Below, piece by piece: positions 34,483 to 49,758 of a stretch of DNA of 64,000 bases (the stretch's first letter is position 1; every line of letters begins with the position of its first letter). The stretch covers positions 7,254,001 through 7,318,000 of the forward strand of contig NC_135660.1 in NCBI RefSeq assembly GCF_964188315.1, in the 5' to 3' direction. Source of the stretch: Podarcis muralis. Lineage: Eukaryota. The notes beneath the pieces were generated by a model. That model was given only the letters and a program-made list of their open reading frames with translations. It was not told the DNA's origin and searched no databases. The translations under genes and the position numbers were made by a program.

Positions 34483-37400
34483 GTATTGATACTCACACAT
34501 ATATATTGGGAGCCATTGCACCTCTCTGCTCTTAAACCTAGGGCCTATGACCTGTTAACAATTTATAGATGAGGGGTGGGGGTGTGTGTCTCACCTTCTG
34601 AACCAGAGTGTCTACTGATCTATTCTCTGCTCATTCAACGTCTCAGTTCCCCTCTTCTATTCCTGTAAGTGGCTACTTGGGTTTCCGGCAGCAAACTCCA
34701 TGCAGGGAATCTGGTTAGCCTTTGGATTTCAAGCTTAAAGATGTGATATGCACAATGGCGTGCCCTAGTGTCTTGGAATGCCAGCTCAGGGCATCCCCGT
34801 TTCAATTCTCACCAGAAGCAGCATGGGGTGACCTTATACCAACCCTATTTTCTCTCAAGCCCACACTCACTACTCCTGTATATATAATGTTGCAATGCCT
34901 AAAGTTTTATGGAAGGTCCGTAGCTCAGTGGCAGAGCACATGTTTTGCATGTCAGAAGATTTCTAGTTTAATCCCTGGCGTTTCCAGATGGTGATGATGG
35001 TTCAAGCCCACCCAGGGATGGCTTTGGGCAGGATTCCTGCATTGCAGGGGGTTGGACTAGATGTCTCTCGGGGCCCCTTCCTACAGTTCTATGACTCTAT
35101 CTTCTGCTAGTTCAGAAAAGGGGGACCTTATTACTTCTGATGGCAATTGGGGGCCATATGCCAGTGAGTGACTGGAACCCATATGACCTAGACTGGTGGT
35201 TGGGGTGAGGCCATTCACATGCACACACACACTTTTTTTTAGATACAAGCTCATGAGGCAGATGTGCATGGGGAGGAAGGAGTTAACCCTCCTCACACAC
35301 CATCCTCCAGCATACAAGGTTGCCTCTTTGCAGGAGGGATTCAAGCACATAGCAGAACTTCAGATTTGCACACTTAAAGTGGATTGAAGCTTTCTGCCAT
35401 CCCGCTGCAAGAAATTAAAACCACTTTTTATGCTTTGGAAAGTGATGAAGAAATGCACCTAAAGGTGTGGGAGAAACGAAAGACCTCCAAACATACACAC
35501 CCTGGACAATCAGGGTGAATGCTTCACAGTCATAGAACTGCCCCACAAACAAATCGGAATGAATGTTTAGTATAGACTAGGCATAAGCTTTGTGCAAGGA
35601 AATCTGAATAAGCAGGTCATCTGGAAGACTCTTACGGTGCATTCTCTCTAGCCTGCCCAACAGTTGTTTGGTGGGCTTGGGGAGGATTCAGGGACCCTCC
35701 CTCACACCATCTTCCATATCACAGTTGTGAGGGTTGGTGGAGCACACACTCAGCAATGTCTGGTGGCAGAGGGCAGCTTGAGCACTCCTGCACTGGGGCA
35801 CCCCAAAGGCCCTACAGGGCTCCCCATGTGTGCTCAATGGACCAGTGGTCTGAAACCATCCAAGGCAATAGGTTCACATGGGGGCTATTATATTGGCCTC
35901 CTCTACAAGGCTACTGTAAGAATTATCGAGATAATGCATGTGAAGAACATCCGTTGCTTCAAATGTCCTATACAGGAAGGCTAAGTACTTATTTATATGT
36001 CTAACCAACTGGTGCCTTTGGAAAGTAAGAATAGCATTATAACGGCTCAGCCCAAGGTCCACTCTGTTCCCAGCAATGGCCAGGGAGACATCTTGGCACT
36101 CCTAAGCAAGGTGCGGAGGTTGATTCTTATCTCTTGTCTCCAGGATCTGTATTCAAGGGGACATTATCGCTGGACCTGAAGGTTCCATTTAGTTCAGCTG
36201 GCTAATAGCTGTTGATAGGGTCTATCCTCCCATTGGTTTATCTAATCCTTATTAGAGAGCCATCTCCGCTACCATCGATCTGTCAAAAGATGGGCTGCTG
36301 ATCTTGGAAAGGTCTCTTTTCCCTTCAGACTCAGCAGCGGCCTGTGATGGGTGACTAACAGAACTTCAAAAGTAAAACAACAACCACAGAGGTTATCTAA
36401 CCTCCTTATACTTTGGTAGAGCTGCTATCAGCTCCTTATTAAAGCGGGGGGGGGGGGATACAAATCTGCAAATCCATGGTATGTCTTGCAGTATTAGAAG
36501 GCTTAGGGATGTGAGGCAAAGCAGAATCCATTTAAAAGAAAACATGTACAAGTAACTGGTATTTTGGAGGAGGAGGAGGAGGAGGAGAAGAAAGCCCTTT
36601 TAAAAATTGCACAATGTACAGATTTACACTTCATAATAAAAGGAAAAGTTTTCAAAGTAAAAAGAAGAAAAAGAAGAAAGCCGCCTGCCCAAGATGAACT
36701 GCTTGAGGTGAACAACATGATGGTGCCCTTCCCTTGACACACATAAAAATTGACTGGGCTACCAGTTGAACCAAACGTCCCTATTGGTGATGGGGCAGCC
36801 CCCTCCCTTGTCACTGAGGGGAGTGGGTTGGCTTAGCAGGTGAAGGGCAGTTTTCCTGGCACACAAAATTCTGCTCACCAGCATTTCTCCAACATCTTGC
36901 TCTCACCACCACTGCCATCATCTGCTGTCTGAGGCAGCTGCCTCACTTTGCCTGACAGTAGGGCTGGCCTTGGTGAAGTGAGAAGAGAAGAGAAGGCATA
37001 AATACATTACCCTCTTGCTTCTTTGACTGTTGGGACAAGTGTTCACCCTCATTAGTTACTAGAAGTTGCTTATTCTATACTTTTCAGGTTTTAGATCAGG
37101 GGCGTGGAACGTGTGACCTTCCTGTCATTGTTGGACTACAGTTCCCATCATCCCTGACCATGCTGATGGGAGTTAGAGTCCGGCAACATCTGGAGGCTTC
37201 AGGCTCCCCATCTTTTCTTTTCATCATGAAGCAGCAGCAGCTGTGAACCCCCAAAATCCAAGTTCTGCATCTACAAGCCTCCTTTCACCACAGAGGCAAC
37301 CCAAACAAAGCCTCAGGAACACATCGCTTTCTCTCTCTGATGAGGTCCACACTGGGCAGAGGTGGATGGCCTCACAAATTGTGTGATTTCCCATACTGAA

Positions 37401-39710
37401 GTAGGCAGCAATGTTAATTTCCCCAAGGGAAACTCAGTAAATATGTAGCTTTCGAAGTCCTGCTCTCAGTATAAGAATTCTACTAGGATTTATCAGCTGA
37501 CGACCCACCAAGATGAAGGTTGACTGTGATTGTCCACAAGCACACTTCCAAGTATCTAAACAGCTATTATGAAGACACAAGGAAGACAGGTGGTTAACAC
37601 AGGTCTATAGTCCCTGAATGGAGGAAGTGGGTTTTTTGTAGCTGCTGTTTTGCTGAAAACAAGCAGCACAATTCTTAACCATCATTACAATCTGATTGAA
37701 TTTTGTCATTAGATCAGTCCTCTTAATGCTACTGTTTCACGATGCCTTCGCTGGATCTCATGCTAGTGAATTCTACCTGCTAATTATGCATTGTGAGGAG
37801 AAGTAAGTGGGATCCTGAGTGTTAGAAGTATTGCATCTTTTTGCTGCTGCTAATAGCTGCTTGCTTTAGTCATTATAACTCCTAGGAAGAGGTGTTCAGT
37901 GGTGACTGCCTGGGGATCTCGGGTGCCAGGCAATGTGATTAATTAAATATTGCTATTCAGGAGGGGGAAACTGGCCTGTGAATAAAAATGTCTGATTGTA
38001 AAGCACATCCCTGTGCTATACCAGCTGGGGATGAGAGAGCCCGAGGCATTAGGAAAAGCATCAGCAGAGACTGCAGCATGTCAGGGAGATTGGCACAGAG
38101 GCTGAAAGACAGGGGCACACTCTCATGGAGCACACAATGACATCCCCCCCACTAAAACAAAAAATTTCTGTAGTCACAAACAATTTCCCCTAGCCTATCT
38201 ACCATATGTTTCACAGAGTCTGAAACGCATACACTAGTATTTTTGGAATTGCAATGGTAGGGGTGTTCAGAGACTGCAAATATAGCTTGATTAGAAACAG
38301 GAGTGTTATGTTTGTGATTTCTTGTGGGGGGGTTGTATGTGCATGCACACACACACATGACTCTGTTGATGCCTATGGCTGTGTGTGCAATGCTGCACAT
38401 TTGTTTGCAGGAGCGTATGTGCACACTTACTCTGACTATGAATCAGTAACCTTTTGTGTTGCTGTCAGTACCTGCATCGATGTCACAGCTGTCCAGATAT
38501 GGGGATGTGTGTGTGTCGGTATATGTACCAACTGATTTGTGAGCTGAATGGTTTGCGTTGCCTTGTGTGCATGTGTGTGTGCTTGGGTCTGGCCCTGAAT
38601 GGGCATGTGTGGTCAACAGTGGTATTTTCCCTCCCCGAATGCATGTATGGAGCTTAGTGGCTCACTGTGTTGCCTTATCAGATGCATTGGCAGCGACTTT
38701 CTGGCTGGAGGTGTGCAGCATGAGCATTTTCGGACAAAAACAAACCAACCAAACAGTAGCTAGGTTACACGAAATAAATCAAACTGGTTTCAGTTTTGTG
38801 TGTGCATGTGTTTTGTTTTTTATGGAGACCAGATCAATCCCAGGGTGAGCAGAAGGAGAAATAAACAGGCCTGTCTCTCCCTAGAGTCCCTTCTCACTGC
38901 AAACATTTCATAAGGACATTCTCAAGGCCTCCCGCTTGGAATGGATCCATAATCTCACGAATGGCTCCAAAGGTATGAAATCCCACCTGTCCCCAAGCAA
39001 AACTACCCAAGGACCTGCTAACCATCATGGTAATTTCTCCCTGGGCCACCAGGTTCTGTTATGCTGCTGTCAGCCCACCTTCCTGATAGAGACTACAGAC
39101 AAAAATGCAGCAGTATTGTCTTGTTGGGCATCGACTCCCTGCACAATGCAGATGCCTCTGGGACTGGCCTCCTAGCAGAGTTCTGCACCACCTTCTGTCT
39201 CCACAGAGTCCTTTTCCTCTCCCAAAGGCAAAAAGGGCAGCTCCTTTGAGAGGCTCTGCTGAAATATTTAACATCCACAAGCTGCTCAGCTGCTTGAATT
39301 TCTATTTCTGTCTATCAAGCAAAACTAGGTCATTTAGTTCTCGACATCCCAATCAGGCAACTGCAGAGATTTAGGCTTCAATAGCTGAAATATCTGCACA
39401 GTTGAATGCCTGGGTCTATCCACACATTTCAAACACTAAGCCTCTTACTCAAGAGAAAAACAGAGAGGTGGTACCTTTTTCCAAGGTCTGCAGCCCAGCA
39501 AAGTTCTCAGCAGGGTTTCTATAGGATTCCTCAAGAGAACACAGTAATTGCTTTTTTAACAACCTCTCTAACAGGGATCTGAGCCCTTGGCCAGTGGTGA
39601 AGTTGCAGTGGCAGGTTTTGGTCTGATATAAGCTGGCTTGTAGATCATGCACAATCTTTGCCAAGGACGATACCCAGAACTGGCTGCTTCCATTTCAGTA
39701 CATGTATGTA

Positions 39711-39716
39711 TTTATT
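39711..39716 (-). terminator. Candidate polyadenylation signal (AATAAA) for CAMK2N2
   Basis: tttatt on the + strand at the end of a repeat-free AU-rich stretch about 1.9 kb past the CAMK2N2 stop codon; not verified by transcript data. Confidence 0.4.
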
Positions 39717-41580
39717 CATTAAGTTTTGTTCACCAGTACAGTGAAAAATGGCATTAAAATTTACAATGGGTCATTCTTAGAATGTCATGACAATAATTTT
39801 TGTTTTTTTGCTTGTCTTCATAAAATGTCGTATATTATTGAAAAGATGAAGGTTTCTCATGCACAACGGACAAGAATAAGCTTATTTTAAAAAATAAATA
39901 AATTAAAGTACAAAATTAAAAACAACTCTGAACATCCCCTTCTAATAAAGAGGCATCAAATAACCAGCAAGTTATCTGAACACATTCATAAACAGTGCAA
40001 TAGTATTTTTTTTTCTAAATTCTTCATGTTCCTACAAAGTCCATCAACAAAGCCATTGATCACAGTATAAGACTCTTTAAATACATTTCTTGTTAACGAT
40101 GATGTGTGTGCAAAACCTCAAACACATTCAAGAAGTCCTGTCCAATACTGATATATAATTAAGAGCGCCAACTATTTCACTATATCTGCCTTCCAAGGGG
40201 GAAATCCATCTTATAAAACCTTTTCTGTCTTGCCTTTATGGGGAAGAAAAAAATACAAACAATCTTTTGATGCAACGTTTTTGACATTAGACATTAGCAG
40301 ATTGTTGTTAACAAATATTCAGATATAAAAATACAAATATGAGGAGTTTCTGTTAAAAAGAAGCGTGCCATAGTGGGATGACTAGTGGCACCAAGACGTG
40401 GCACCAAGACCAGGAAGCTCATGCAAAAAAGATGGAGCAAAAATGTCTCTCGACAGCAAAACAATCACTGTCTTTTATGTTATAGTCCATCCATGTCAGA
40501 ACCTCTGTCTTCCACTCAGCACTGCTGGCTTTGGGCTTTGGGTTTGCTGGTATTTTGCAAACGGGCTGGGGTTTTACAGGTTGGTGTTATATTTCGGGGG
40601 GGAGCTACTGTGTATTACGGGATGGTTGCCGGTTTGGAATATAGACGCCATGACTGCAAACACAATGAACCTGTTATATTTAGAGAAGTGTGCGCGCAAG
40701 TGTGTCTGTATAAGTGTGTGTATTATATTCGTTTCTACGTCTATGCAGATGTCAGCTACACAGCCACCCCGAAAATGTGAAAGGCGTAAAGTGCATCGCT
40801 ACAGGAGACCTCCCCCCCCCCTTAAAAATGGAGAGAGCTGGGCAATCCAGTGGCTCAGAGCTCTCAGAGGAACAGCACCTTCAAATCGTGGCATGGAGGG
40901 GGTCGCCCAAGCCAAAGAGGGGACTCTACACTGCTGCTGCTGAGGGCTGGACAGAAGGAATTGGGAGGGGGGAGGGCGGGATGGTGGAAGGTTCGGGCAC
41001 ATGGGAAAACAGGCAGCACCCCAGCACGGGCGCAGGGAAAGGCGCTGCTGCAATGGACGGCTCCACAGCAAGAGCCTCCAAGAGGATGGTGCTGCAATGG
41101 ACAGCTCCCCGAGCTGCAGGCGCGTCGGAAAGATGGTGCTGGAGCGGACGGCTCCGCGCGTCAAGCGATGGTGCTGAAATGGACAGCTCCCCAAGGCGCA
41201 AGAGCTCCATTCCGCAACGGAGGAAGGAAGGGGCAGGTGGGGGGAGAGAGAGAAGGAGCCCCTTCTAGAAGGGCTGTTGTTGAAGATGCAACTCCGGGGA
41301 TGGGCATCGTGCATTGGTAACCAGGACAGAGTTGGGTGGCAAGGTCTCTTTGTCCCTTATGCTCTCCGTTGGATGCGGAGGAGGGTGAGATGGTGGCCCC
41401 CGTCAAGTGACCTCTTCGGGCTGGGGGTCTGCGTTGGGGGTGGAGGGTGTTGCCAGCAGCCTCATCTCCTTCCTTTTGCTTTCCTTGTTGTCCACAATCC
41501 CAACAAACATGCGCAGCCAAAAGTGCTTTAAAAATTCAGGGATCAGTCTGCAGCTGGGTGCAGGCGCCTTCCGTGCTGAT

Positions 41581-41651
41581 TTATACCCCAGAAGGCGACT
41601 TGTCTGTCATCCCCTTCAAGACCTCGTCTATTCTATCGTCTTCGATCACCA
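41581..41651 (-). CDS. CAMK2N2: CaMKII inhibitor 2 (CaM-KIIN beta), coding exon 2
   Basis: Acceptor ctctcctgtccctgcAG; reads (V)VIEDDRIDEVLKGMTDKSPSGV* with TAA at 41583-41581, and completes the phase-1 codon from exon 1. Absent from the ORF track because it is short. Confidence 0.96.
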
Positions 41652-41899
41652 CTGCAGGGACAGGAGAGCAAACGCAGAAAAAACACGCCGTCAGAATGGA
41701 AAGGGGGGACAGGCACGCGGGGTGGGGGCCTCATCCTGCGTACTTAAGACCTGGCGTTGGCCACACTTAAATCACCCCCCCTCCCTCCCCAGCCTCGCCG
41801 CTCCTTTGGGGCAGCCATGGGGCTGGATCTCCCGCCCTCCCTCCTTTGACATCTGGTAATGAAACCCGCTCCAGGAAAATGGCTCCCCATCCTTCCCAG

Positions 41900-43450
<1,551 letters not shown>

Positions 43451-44984
43451 CACCGATGAATTGCTGCGGGTTTCCCACTCAGGCACCGTCTGGAAAGTCG
43501 TCCAGGAGTGAGGGATGAATGTCCAGGGTCAGGTGGTCTGGAGTGGAGGTGGGGGAAGGGAGTCCAAGCAGATCTGAACCCAGCACTTAATATAGTGTTA
43601 TGAGTTAGGGGGGTCAGTCTAGATGATACCCTGTGCCCCTTCCTAACCTGTGGTCCTGGGGGTGGGGGGTAGAATCCATAGGAGGAAACCAGCCCATGCA
43701 GCTCCCTTTTTAAGGTAACTTCTTTGTCTGGCTTGTGAACTACCATGATGCATCATAACCAAAGATGTTGCTCTGTGCCACAGAACAAATAGGTGGGACT
43801 CTCCACCCCATCCCAGCTGCTACCTGCAGAACAATAGCCAGATAATTCGTCATCGTCATCATCTCTCTGGTGATCACTTGTAGCCGAGTAAGATTGTCTT
43901 GCATGAACACGGTTTCTTAACAGTGAATCAGTAAGTGACTGTGGAGGCCAATTCTGGATCCACACGTCCTTCCACAGTGGGGACATAGGTTTCTGGGTGG
44001 CAGTTGATCAGGGTGAGGGTTTGCCAAGCATGCCTTCCTCTTAGCACATTTCTCCCTTTTGTCCTGAGTTCATACTTCTTCAAAGTCCATGACACCTTTG
44101 GTAAAAGCTATTCTCCAATTGGAGGGCTCGCACCCATAAATGAAGAGCACAAAACAATACAGTAAGATGCAATTCCCACAGCATCCAGTGATATAAACCC
44201 ATTAGTATCAGCAGCAAATGAAGGCTTGGATAAACAGAAAGGTGTTCAGCACACACAGGAAGCACACAGCGGTCAGCACAGGTTCAAAAGGGAACCTGTT
44301 CCACATGGCAGATGCCTTCACACTAAGGGCCCCACTCCAAGTATTGAAAAATGGATTTCAGGAGAATGTGGTGCCATCAGCAGGGCCTCATCAAATGAAT
44401 GTAGTGACTGCACAGGTCTGTAAAGAGCAAGGCAGTCTTTCAGGTAACCTGACTGATTTATTCAGAAAAGAGAAAATATAAAATCAGCCATTTAGAGAAA
44501 CAAATTCTAAAATACATGCCGATATGCTTGGCCTCTCCTAGGACACAATTCTTAGTTTGTTATCTACTTCTGGTATTACCTGTACTTTTCATTTGATTTA
44601 TTTTGGTGATATTTAATACCACTAGCCAAACTTAGTGTTAATCTTAAAGAACGGTAGAATGGAAAGGTATGAAATAAAATGCATATAAAGTGTCTGGCAG
44701 CATCTCTGCAGGGTTTCAGACAGGGAAGCTTTCCAAAAACTACCTGGAAATGTAAGGGATTCAACCTTCTGTATGCAAAGCAGTATGATAATTCCTGGAT
44801 ACCCCAATGGGATCCAGCCCAAATCTTTGGGATGGGGTTGTAGACGTTTTGCCACCAGTTCAGCTCTAGTGGCATGCAAAACAAGCTGTCAATATGCTGT
44901 AGAAGGAAATGAGGGGCAGATGGAGCTCATCCACCTGGGGAGGCAACCCGCCTAGAAGATGGAAAACTGTGGAACATTTCTGGG

Positions 44985-45300
44985 AGAAGAAAAGGCTAAG
45001 GGGTAATCCCTACACAAATCCAGAGAGGAGTCCCTAAGACAGTTGGATGGTGCCTTGTATGCCTTCTTGCGGCAGCTCCTGCAGCCAAGCTAGCGTCAAA
45101 TGTCTTGCTCTGCTTTCCTTTGGACCACATCAGTGTGACTGAGAGGGGAGTCTTGTTGTCTGGGCAGCCAGACACAGTAACCAAGTTTGTGCCTCAGGGA
45201 GGTCACCCGTGCTGCTCACACAGAGGTTTGACTTCACCCCCAGAGGTGCACTCCATTGCCGCTTTCGAGACAGACAGATGCCAGCAACAGCTGTTGGATG
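44985..45300. mobile_element. Unclassified interspersed repeat (possibly an RTE-clade 5' region); inverted homologue at 55330-55655
   Basis: ctctgctttcctttggaccacatcagtgtgactgagagggg...ttgttgtctgggcagcc is the reverse complement, with substitutions, of ggctgccctgacaacaag...cctctcagcctcactgatgtggtccaatggaaagcagag. Confidence 0.5.
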
Positions 45301-45981
45301 GGAATGTGCCAGGAGATGCACACTTGAATGCAGTGCACTGGAGACAGTTTTGCAGTCTTACTCACGTGCAGTAAAATATGCATAAGACACTTGGGCTTGG
45401 CAAGTGCATGTGATAGCATGTGCCAATTCATGCCTGTACCCCAATTCATACCTACAAACAAGGCTGTTCACATGCACAGATCTCTTTAGCTGGGTCAACG
45501 CATCAAACAAAAAAATAAGGAGCGTAAGTAGTGCTTTTTTCTGTGGGAATGTTAAGGAGGGTAGGAGAGGATATATTGTTTTCATATTATCCGTCCTCAT
45601 GCTAGTGAGTAAACAGCAGAGCACATTCCCTTTGCAACTTATTGGAAGCAAGTTGATGATTCGTTAGAATCCTTTGATTAAGCAATCCAGTCCCAGGCAA
45701 GATTCCCCTTTATTTCCCTCTTAAAATAATAATAACACAACACAATCTTTTTTAAAAGTAAGAATAAAGTTTTACTCACATTCAGTTCACAGCAGTGATC
45801 TGAAGGCAGGCTTGATCTTGTGGTTACAGTGAAAAGAAGCCTCAGCTACATCTCAGACTTTCTGCTTGTGGGCTCCATCCTATATGAAGGTTGAGCCATG
45901 CTCTGGCTAAGAGCCAGGAGAGTGAGAGTCTAAGAGTAAGAGAGTAAGACTCCAAGAGAGATGGTTGCGTGACAAGCCCTT

Positions 45982-46311
45982 TTGGTTTGAATCCGTACAA
46001 CAAGGTGAGCTCCTGTTGCTTTGCCCCAGCTTTTGCCAACCTAGAAGTTCAAAAGCATACCAGTGAGAGTAGATAAATAGGTACCACTGTGATGGAAAAG
46101 TGAACGGCATTTCCACATGCTCTGACACTCATCACGGTGTCCCCTTGTGCCAGAAGCAGTTTAGTCATGCTAGCCACATGACCTGGAAAAAGCTGTCTGT
46201 GGACAAATGTCAGCTCCCTCAGCCTAAAAAGTGAGATGAGCACTGCAACCCCATAGTCGCCTTTGACTAGACTTAACTGTCGAGGGGTCCTTTACATTTT
46301 ACCTTTTTACC
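45982..46311 (+). mobile_element. Sauria SINE, degraded and 5'-truncated
   Basis: Core (ctagaagttcaaaagcat...gtagataaataggtacc) and tail are recognisable. Confidence 0.8.
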
Positions 46312-46421
46312 TGGTCACACACAGGGTGAGGAAGCTCCAGAGAAGGTATGACAGGACGCCCTCCCTGTCTGGAGCCACATTCCCCTGTGTGTCCATTCTA
46401 GGCAACATTTTTCTGGGGGTA

Positions 46422-46797
46422 AAGGTAAAGGTAAAGGGACCCCTGACAGTTAAGTCCAGAAGCAAATGACTCTGGGGTTGTGGCACTCATCTCGCTTTAC
46501 AGGCCGAGGGAGTCAGAGTTTGTTCACTTCCGCAGACAGTTTTTCTGGGTCATAATGGCCAGCATGACTAAGGCACTTCTGGTAATGCCAGAGCACTGCA
46601 TGGAAACACTATTTACCTTCCTGCTGGAGCAGTACTTATTTATCTACTTGCACTGGTGTGCTTTCAAACTGCTAGGTTGGCAGGAGCTGGGACCGAACAA
46701 CGGGAGCTCACCCTGTTGTGGGGCCTCAAACCGCCGACCTTCCGATTGGCAAGTCCAAGCGGCACAGTGATTTAAACCACAGCGCCACCCGTGTCCC
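46422..46797 (-). mobile_element. Sauria SINE inserted into a hAT MITE, with 12-bp TSD
   Basis: TSD tttctgggggta at 46410-46421 and 46798-46809. The right flank (gggggtactcaa...actgtaacaacttcatggtgagt...ttaagcactg) matches the MITE at 49463-49602. Confidence 0.88.
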
Positions 46798-48159
46798 TTT
46801 CTGGGGGTACTCAAATGTTAAAACTGTGACACTGTAACAACTTCATGGTGAGTGCTGGAACCTTTTTGTGTGTGTGGTGTTTTTTTAAGCACTGGGCATA
46901 AGTAGCAAGACAATTTGGGAAACAAAAGCTTGCTTGACAGAGGTTCAGCTCAGGTGTCTGCCTGCATGTGCATATAACACTCTCACTGTTCATTGTATTT
47001 TAAAACTTATCCTCCAAAAATAGACCCATGACAGCTTGAAATGCTTTGGGGGCATCAACCTTTTACATTAAAGTTCTGATGCCCCTTTTGCGGCTTCCCA
47101 TTCCCCCAGCTTTTCCGCTGCAACCGAAAGAAGCATCTCTACAAATTACCAATTTCCCTCTGTATTATTTTTATACATAAGAACGAAAGGGTAGGGGAGA
47201 AAAGAGGGGTCTCAAAAGCATTTCCCTGTCATTGTCTGTGATGTGCCCTTAGCACCTGCTTTTTTTTTGGTATTATTATTATTTTTGACAGAGACACATG
47301 TCCAAGAGTGAAATTCAACAGCCCTGAGATTCTGGAACTCAAGACCACTTTTATGTCAGAGATGGAGAAGCCAGCTGTTCTTTGTGAAATCTTTTTGTGA
47401 AGGACCAGCTTGAAACACAAAGGCGGCAGAGCCGATGAATCAGGCCTTGAACAGCAGGGGGGTTGGGAGGGGAAGGACTTGGTGATGTCAGGAAAACTCT
47501 TGAACTTAAGCTCCTACTGTTATCATAATGTCCTCGGACCCGCTGTCAGGTGGGGAGCTCTTTGTGCTGCTTGCAGTCGCAAATGAATCTCTCCCTGCAC
47601 ATATTTGTTAACAGGGATGGAGGAGGGAGGCAGACAAATGCTGGGCTTCCAGAAGAATTCATGCTGATCCAGTGCAAAAATAATCTCGATGTATTTATAA
47701 TGTGCTTTCATACCTAAATGGAGAACTCTGTTGAGAACACTCATCTCTAACCACCACTCTGTGCTTTGTTCTCCAGAGACACCACTGTCCTGCGATGTGG
47801 TTTGAGCTCAGCAGAACCAAAGCTGTCCAATTTATTTCAGTGGAAGGAACTGATGCACGCAAGTGCAATCCTTTTCACCCTTTTCCGAGCTGTTCCGATC
47901 TTTGAAATGATAGGTGCAGCAGTCTACATGTGCAGAAGTTGCAGATACACATTGGCCTGTGTTCACATGATCTGGGCATCTAGCTCTGCCACTGTTGTCT
48001 TCCCTGCCTCCCTCCCGCTCCCTATGGGCACAAGCCACCACTGGCAGAGGAAAGACAATAGGCTCTATTGCAGCTGCTCCATTTACAGCAGTGATCCAAT
48101 TTAATTATGACAGCTCAGGCAAAGACTGGACATCTGACTCATATCATTTACTGATTCAT

Positions 48160-48660
48160 TGAACCAGAATCATAGACTTGTAGAGTTGGATGGGACCCCA
48201 ACACCGAGTGTCATCTAGTTCAAACTCCTGCAATGCAGGAATCATACATGAAAGTTGGCCATCCAAGGTGAGTCCACAACCTCTTGTGGGAGTCTGTTCC
48301 AATGTCAAACAGCTCTTACTGCCAGAAAGTTCTTTGTGATGTTTAGATGGAATCTCCTTTCTCGTAGCTTGAAGCCATTTGAATCCTACCCTCCAGAGCA
48401 AGAGACAACAAGCTTGCTCCATCTTCCATGTGACAACACTTGAGATATTTGAAGAAGGCTATCATGTCACCTCTCAGTCTCCTCTTTTCCAGGCTAAACA
48501 TACCCAGCTCTTTCAACCGTTCCTCATCAAGCTTGGTTTCCAGACCCTTGATCATCTTGGTCATCCTCCTCTGCACACCTTCCAGCTTTTCAACATCCTT
48601 CTTGAGCTGGGGTGCCCCGAACTGGCCACAGAACTCCAGGCTGGGTGTGGCCAAGGCAGA
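48160..48660 (-). mobile_element. CR1 LINE 3' fragment
   Basis: Minus ORF: PSLEFCGQFGAPQLKKDVEKLEGVQRRMTKMIKGLE...ERLKELGMFSLEKRRLRGDMIAFFKYLK, the classic CR1 ORF2 C-terminus, followed by the CR1 3' UTR and tail. Confidence 0.9.
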
Positions 48661-48940
48661 ATGGAGTGGACACCATTGTGTCCACTCCATTCTGGACACC
48701 GTTGGGCATTGTAGTCCAACAAGGACACCACATTGTCTATCCTTGCTATGAATTGTCACGTTCAGGGATGCCATTATGTAATATGCAGCTAGGTAAATAT
48801 GCAACTTTATAACCATAATCTATAATTATAACATCACACCATTATATATCAGATAGGCACCTTCCCTTTGTCTTTTCAGCACCTGTTAAAGGCATTCCTC
48901 TTTCAACAAGCCTTCTAAATGGAGATATTTATCCCATTGT

Positions 48941-49217
48941 CGATCAGAAGGTTGGCAGTTCAAATCCCCGCGACGGGGTGAGCTCCCGTTGCTCGGTCCC
49001 AGCTCCTGCCAACCTAGGAGTTCAAAAGCACATCAAAGTGCAAGTAGATAAATAGGTACCGCTCCAGCGGGAAGGTAAACAGCGTTTCCGTGCACTGCTC
49101 TGGTTCGCCACATGCCTGTGAACAAACGCAGGCTCCCATGGCTATAGAGCAATATGAGTGCAGCAACCCCAGAGTCTTCAGTGACTGGATCTAATGGTCA
49201 GGGGTACCTTTACCTTT
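48941..49217 (+). mobile_element. Sauria SINE, 5'-truncated
   Basis: From cgatcagaaggttggcagttcaaatcccc to ggggtacctttacctttt. Confidence 0.88.
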
Positions 49218-49462
49218 TATATAAGGGCTTGCAGGCATGGCTCTGGGTCCTCCTCCTCTCTCCTGCATGTTGGGGAGCACCCTGTTGCAACAGTTAATAA
49301 AGATCAGGCTTACTAGATGCTTTGCTTCTCAATATTCTCTGGTTGGTCTCTGTTATTTTCTCCTACTGATAGAGAACCTACAAAAGGACTCTATATGGGC
49401 TCTTGGGTACCCCATAAGGGAAAAGGAGCAGTTTTTTTTTCTTATATCATCATATATCTTAG

Positions 49463-49602
49463 CAGTGCTTTTTTTCAGGGGGTACTCAAGGGTAAGCAAT
49501 ACTGGTACCTCTCTCTCTCTCTCTTGTTATTAAAAACTGTGGCACTTACTGTAACAACTTCATGGTGAGTACCGGCACCTATTTTTCTACAAAAAAGCAC
49601 TG
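49463..49602. mobile_element. hAT MITE (140 bp)
   Basis: TIRs cagtgctttttt / aaaaaagcactg with a perfect 8-bp TSD TATCTTAG (49455-49462, 49603-49610). Confidence 0.9.
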
Positions 49603-49754
49603 TATCTTAGTCACTTTTTGTCTTAAAAAGTGAGACTCAAAGCAACTTAGAAAAATGAACACTGAAAACAAGGATATAAACAAGGACAAACAATCTAAAA
49701 TAGACAATATATATACATAACTGATCCAATTTTATGTGAATGCTGTTGTTTTAA

Positions 49755-49758
<4 letters not shown>

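Noticed and set aside
34911-34986. tRNA-Ala gene
   Set aside because: The T-arm and B-box are degenerate and the stems mismatched; it matches the old tRNA-Ala-derived SINE seen repeatedly in the window.
37337-37380. Second hammerhead ribozyme (CTGATGA followed by a stem)
   Set aside because: No GAAA after the stem and no helix I complement. The CTGATGA at about 52020 likewise lacks an intact core.
40385-41859. Stack of overlapping 100-184 aa ORFs on both strands
   Set aside because: They lie in the GC-rich CAMK2N2 3' UTR, where stop codons are scarce, and show no recognisable domain.
43514-43535. ECE2 first exon (ATGAATGTC, MNV...)
   Set aside because: Only three residues match MNVALQEL; the donor is weak and the sequence continues into a degraded repeat tail.
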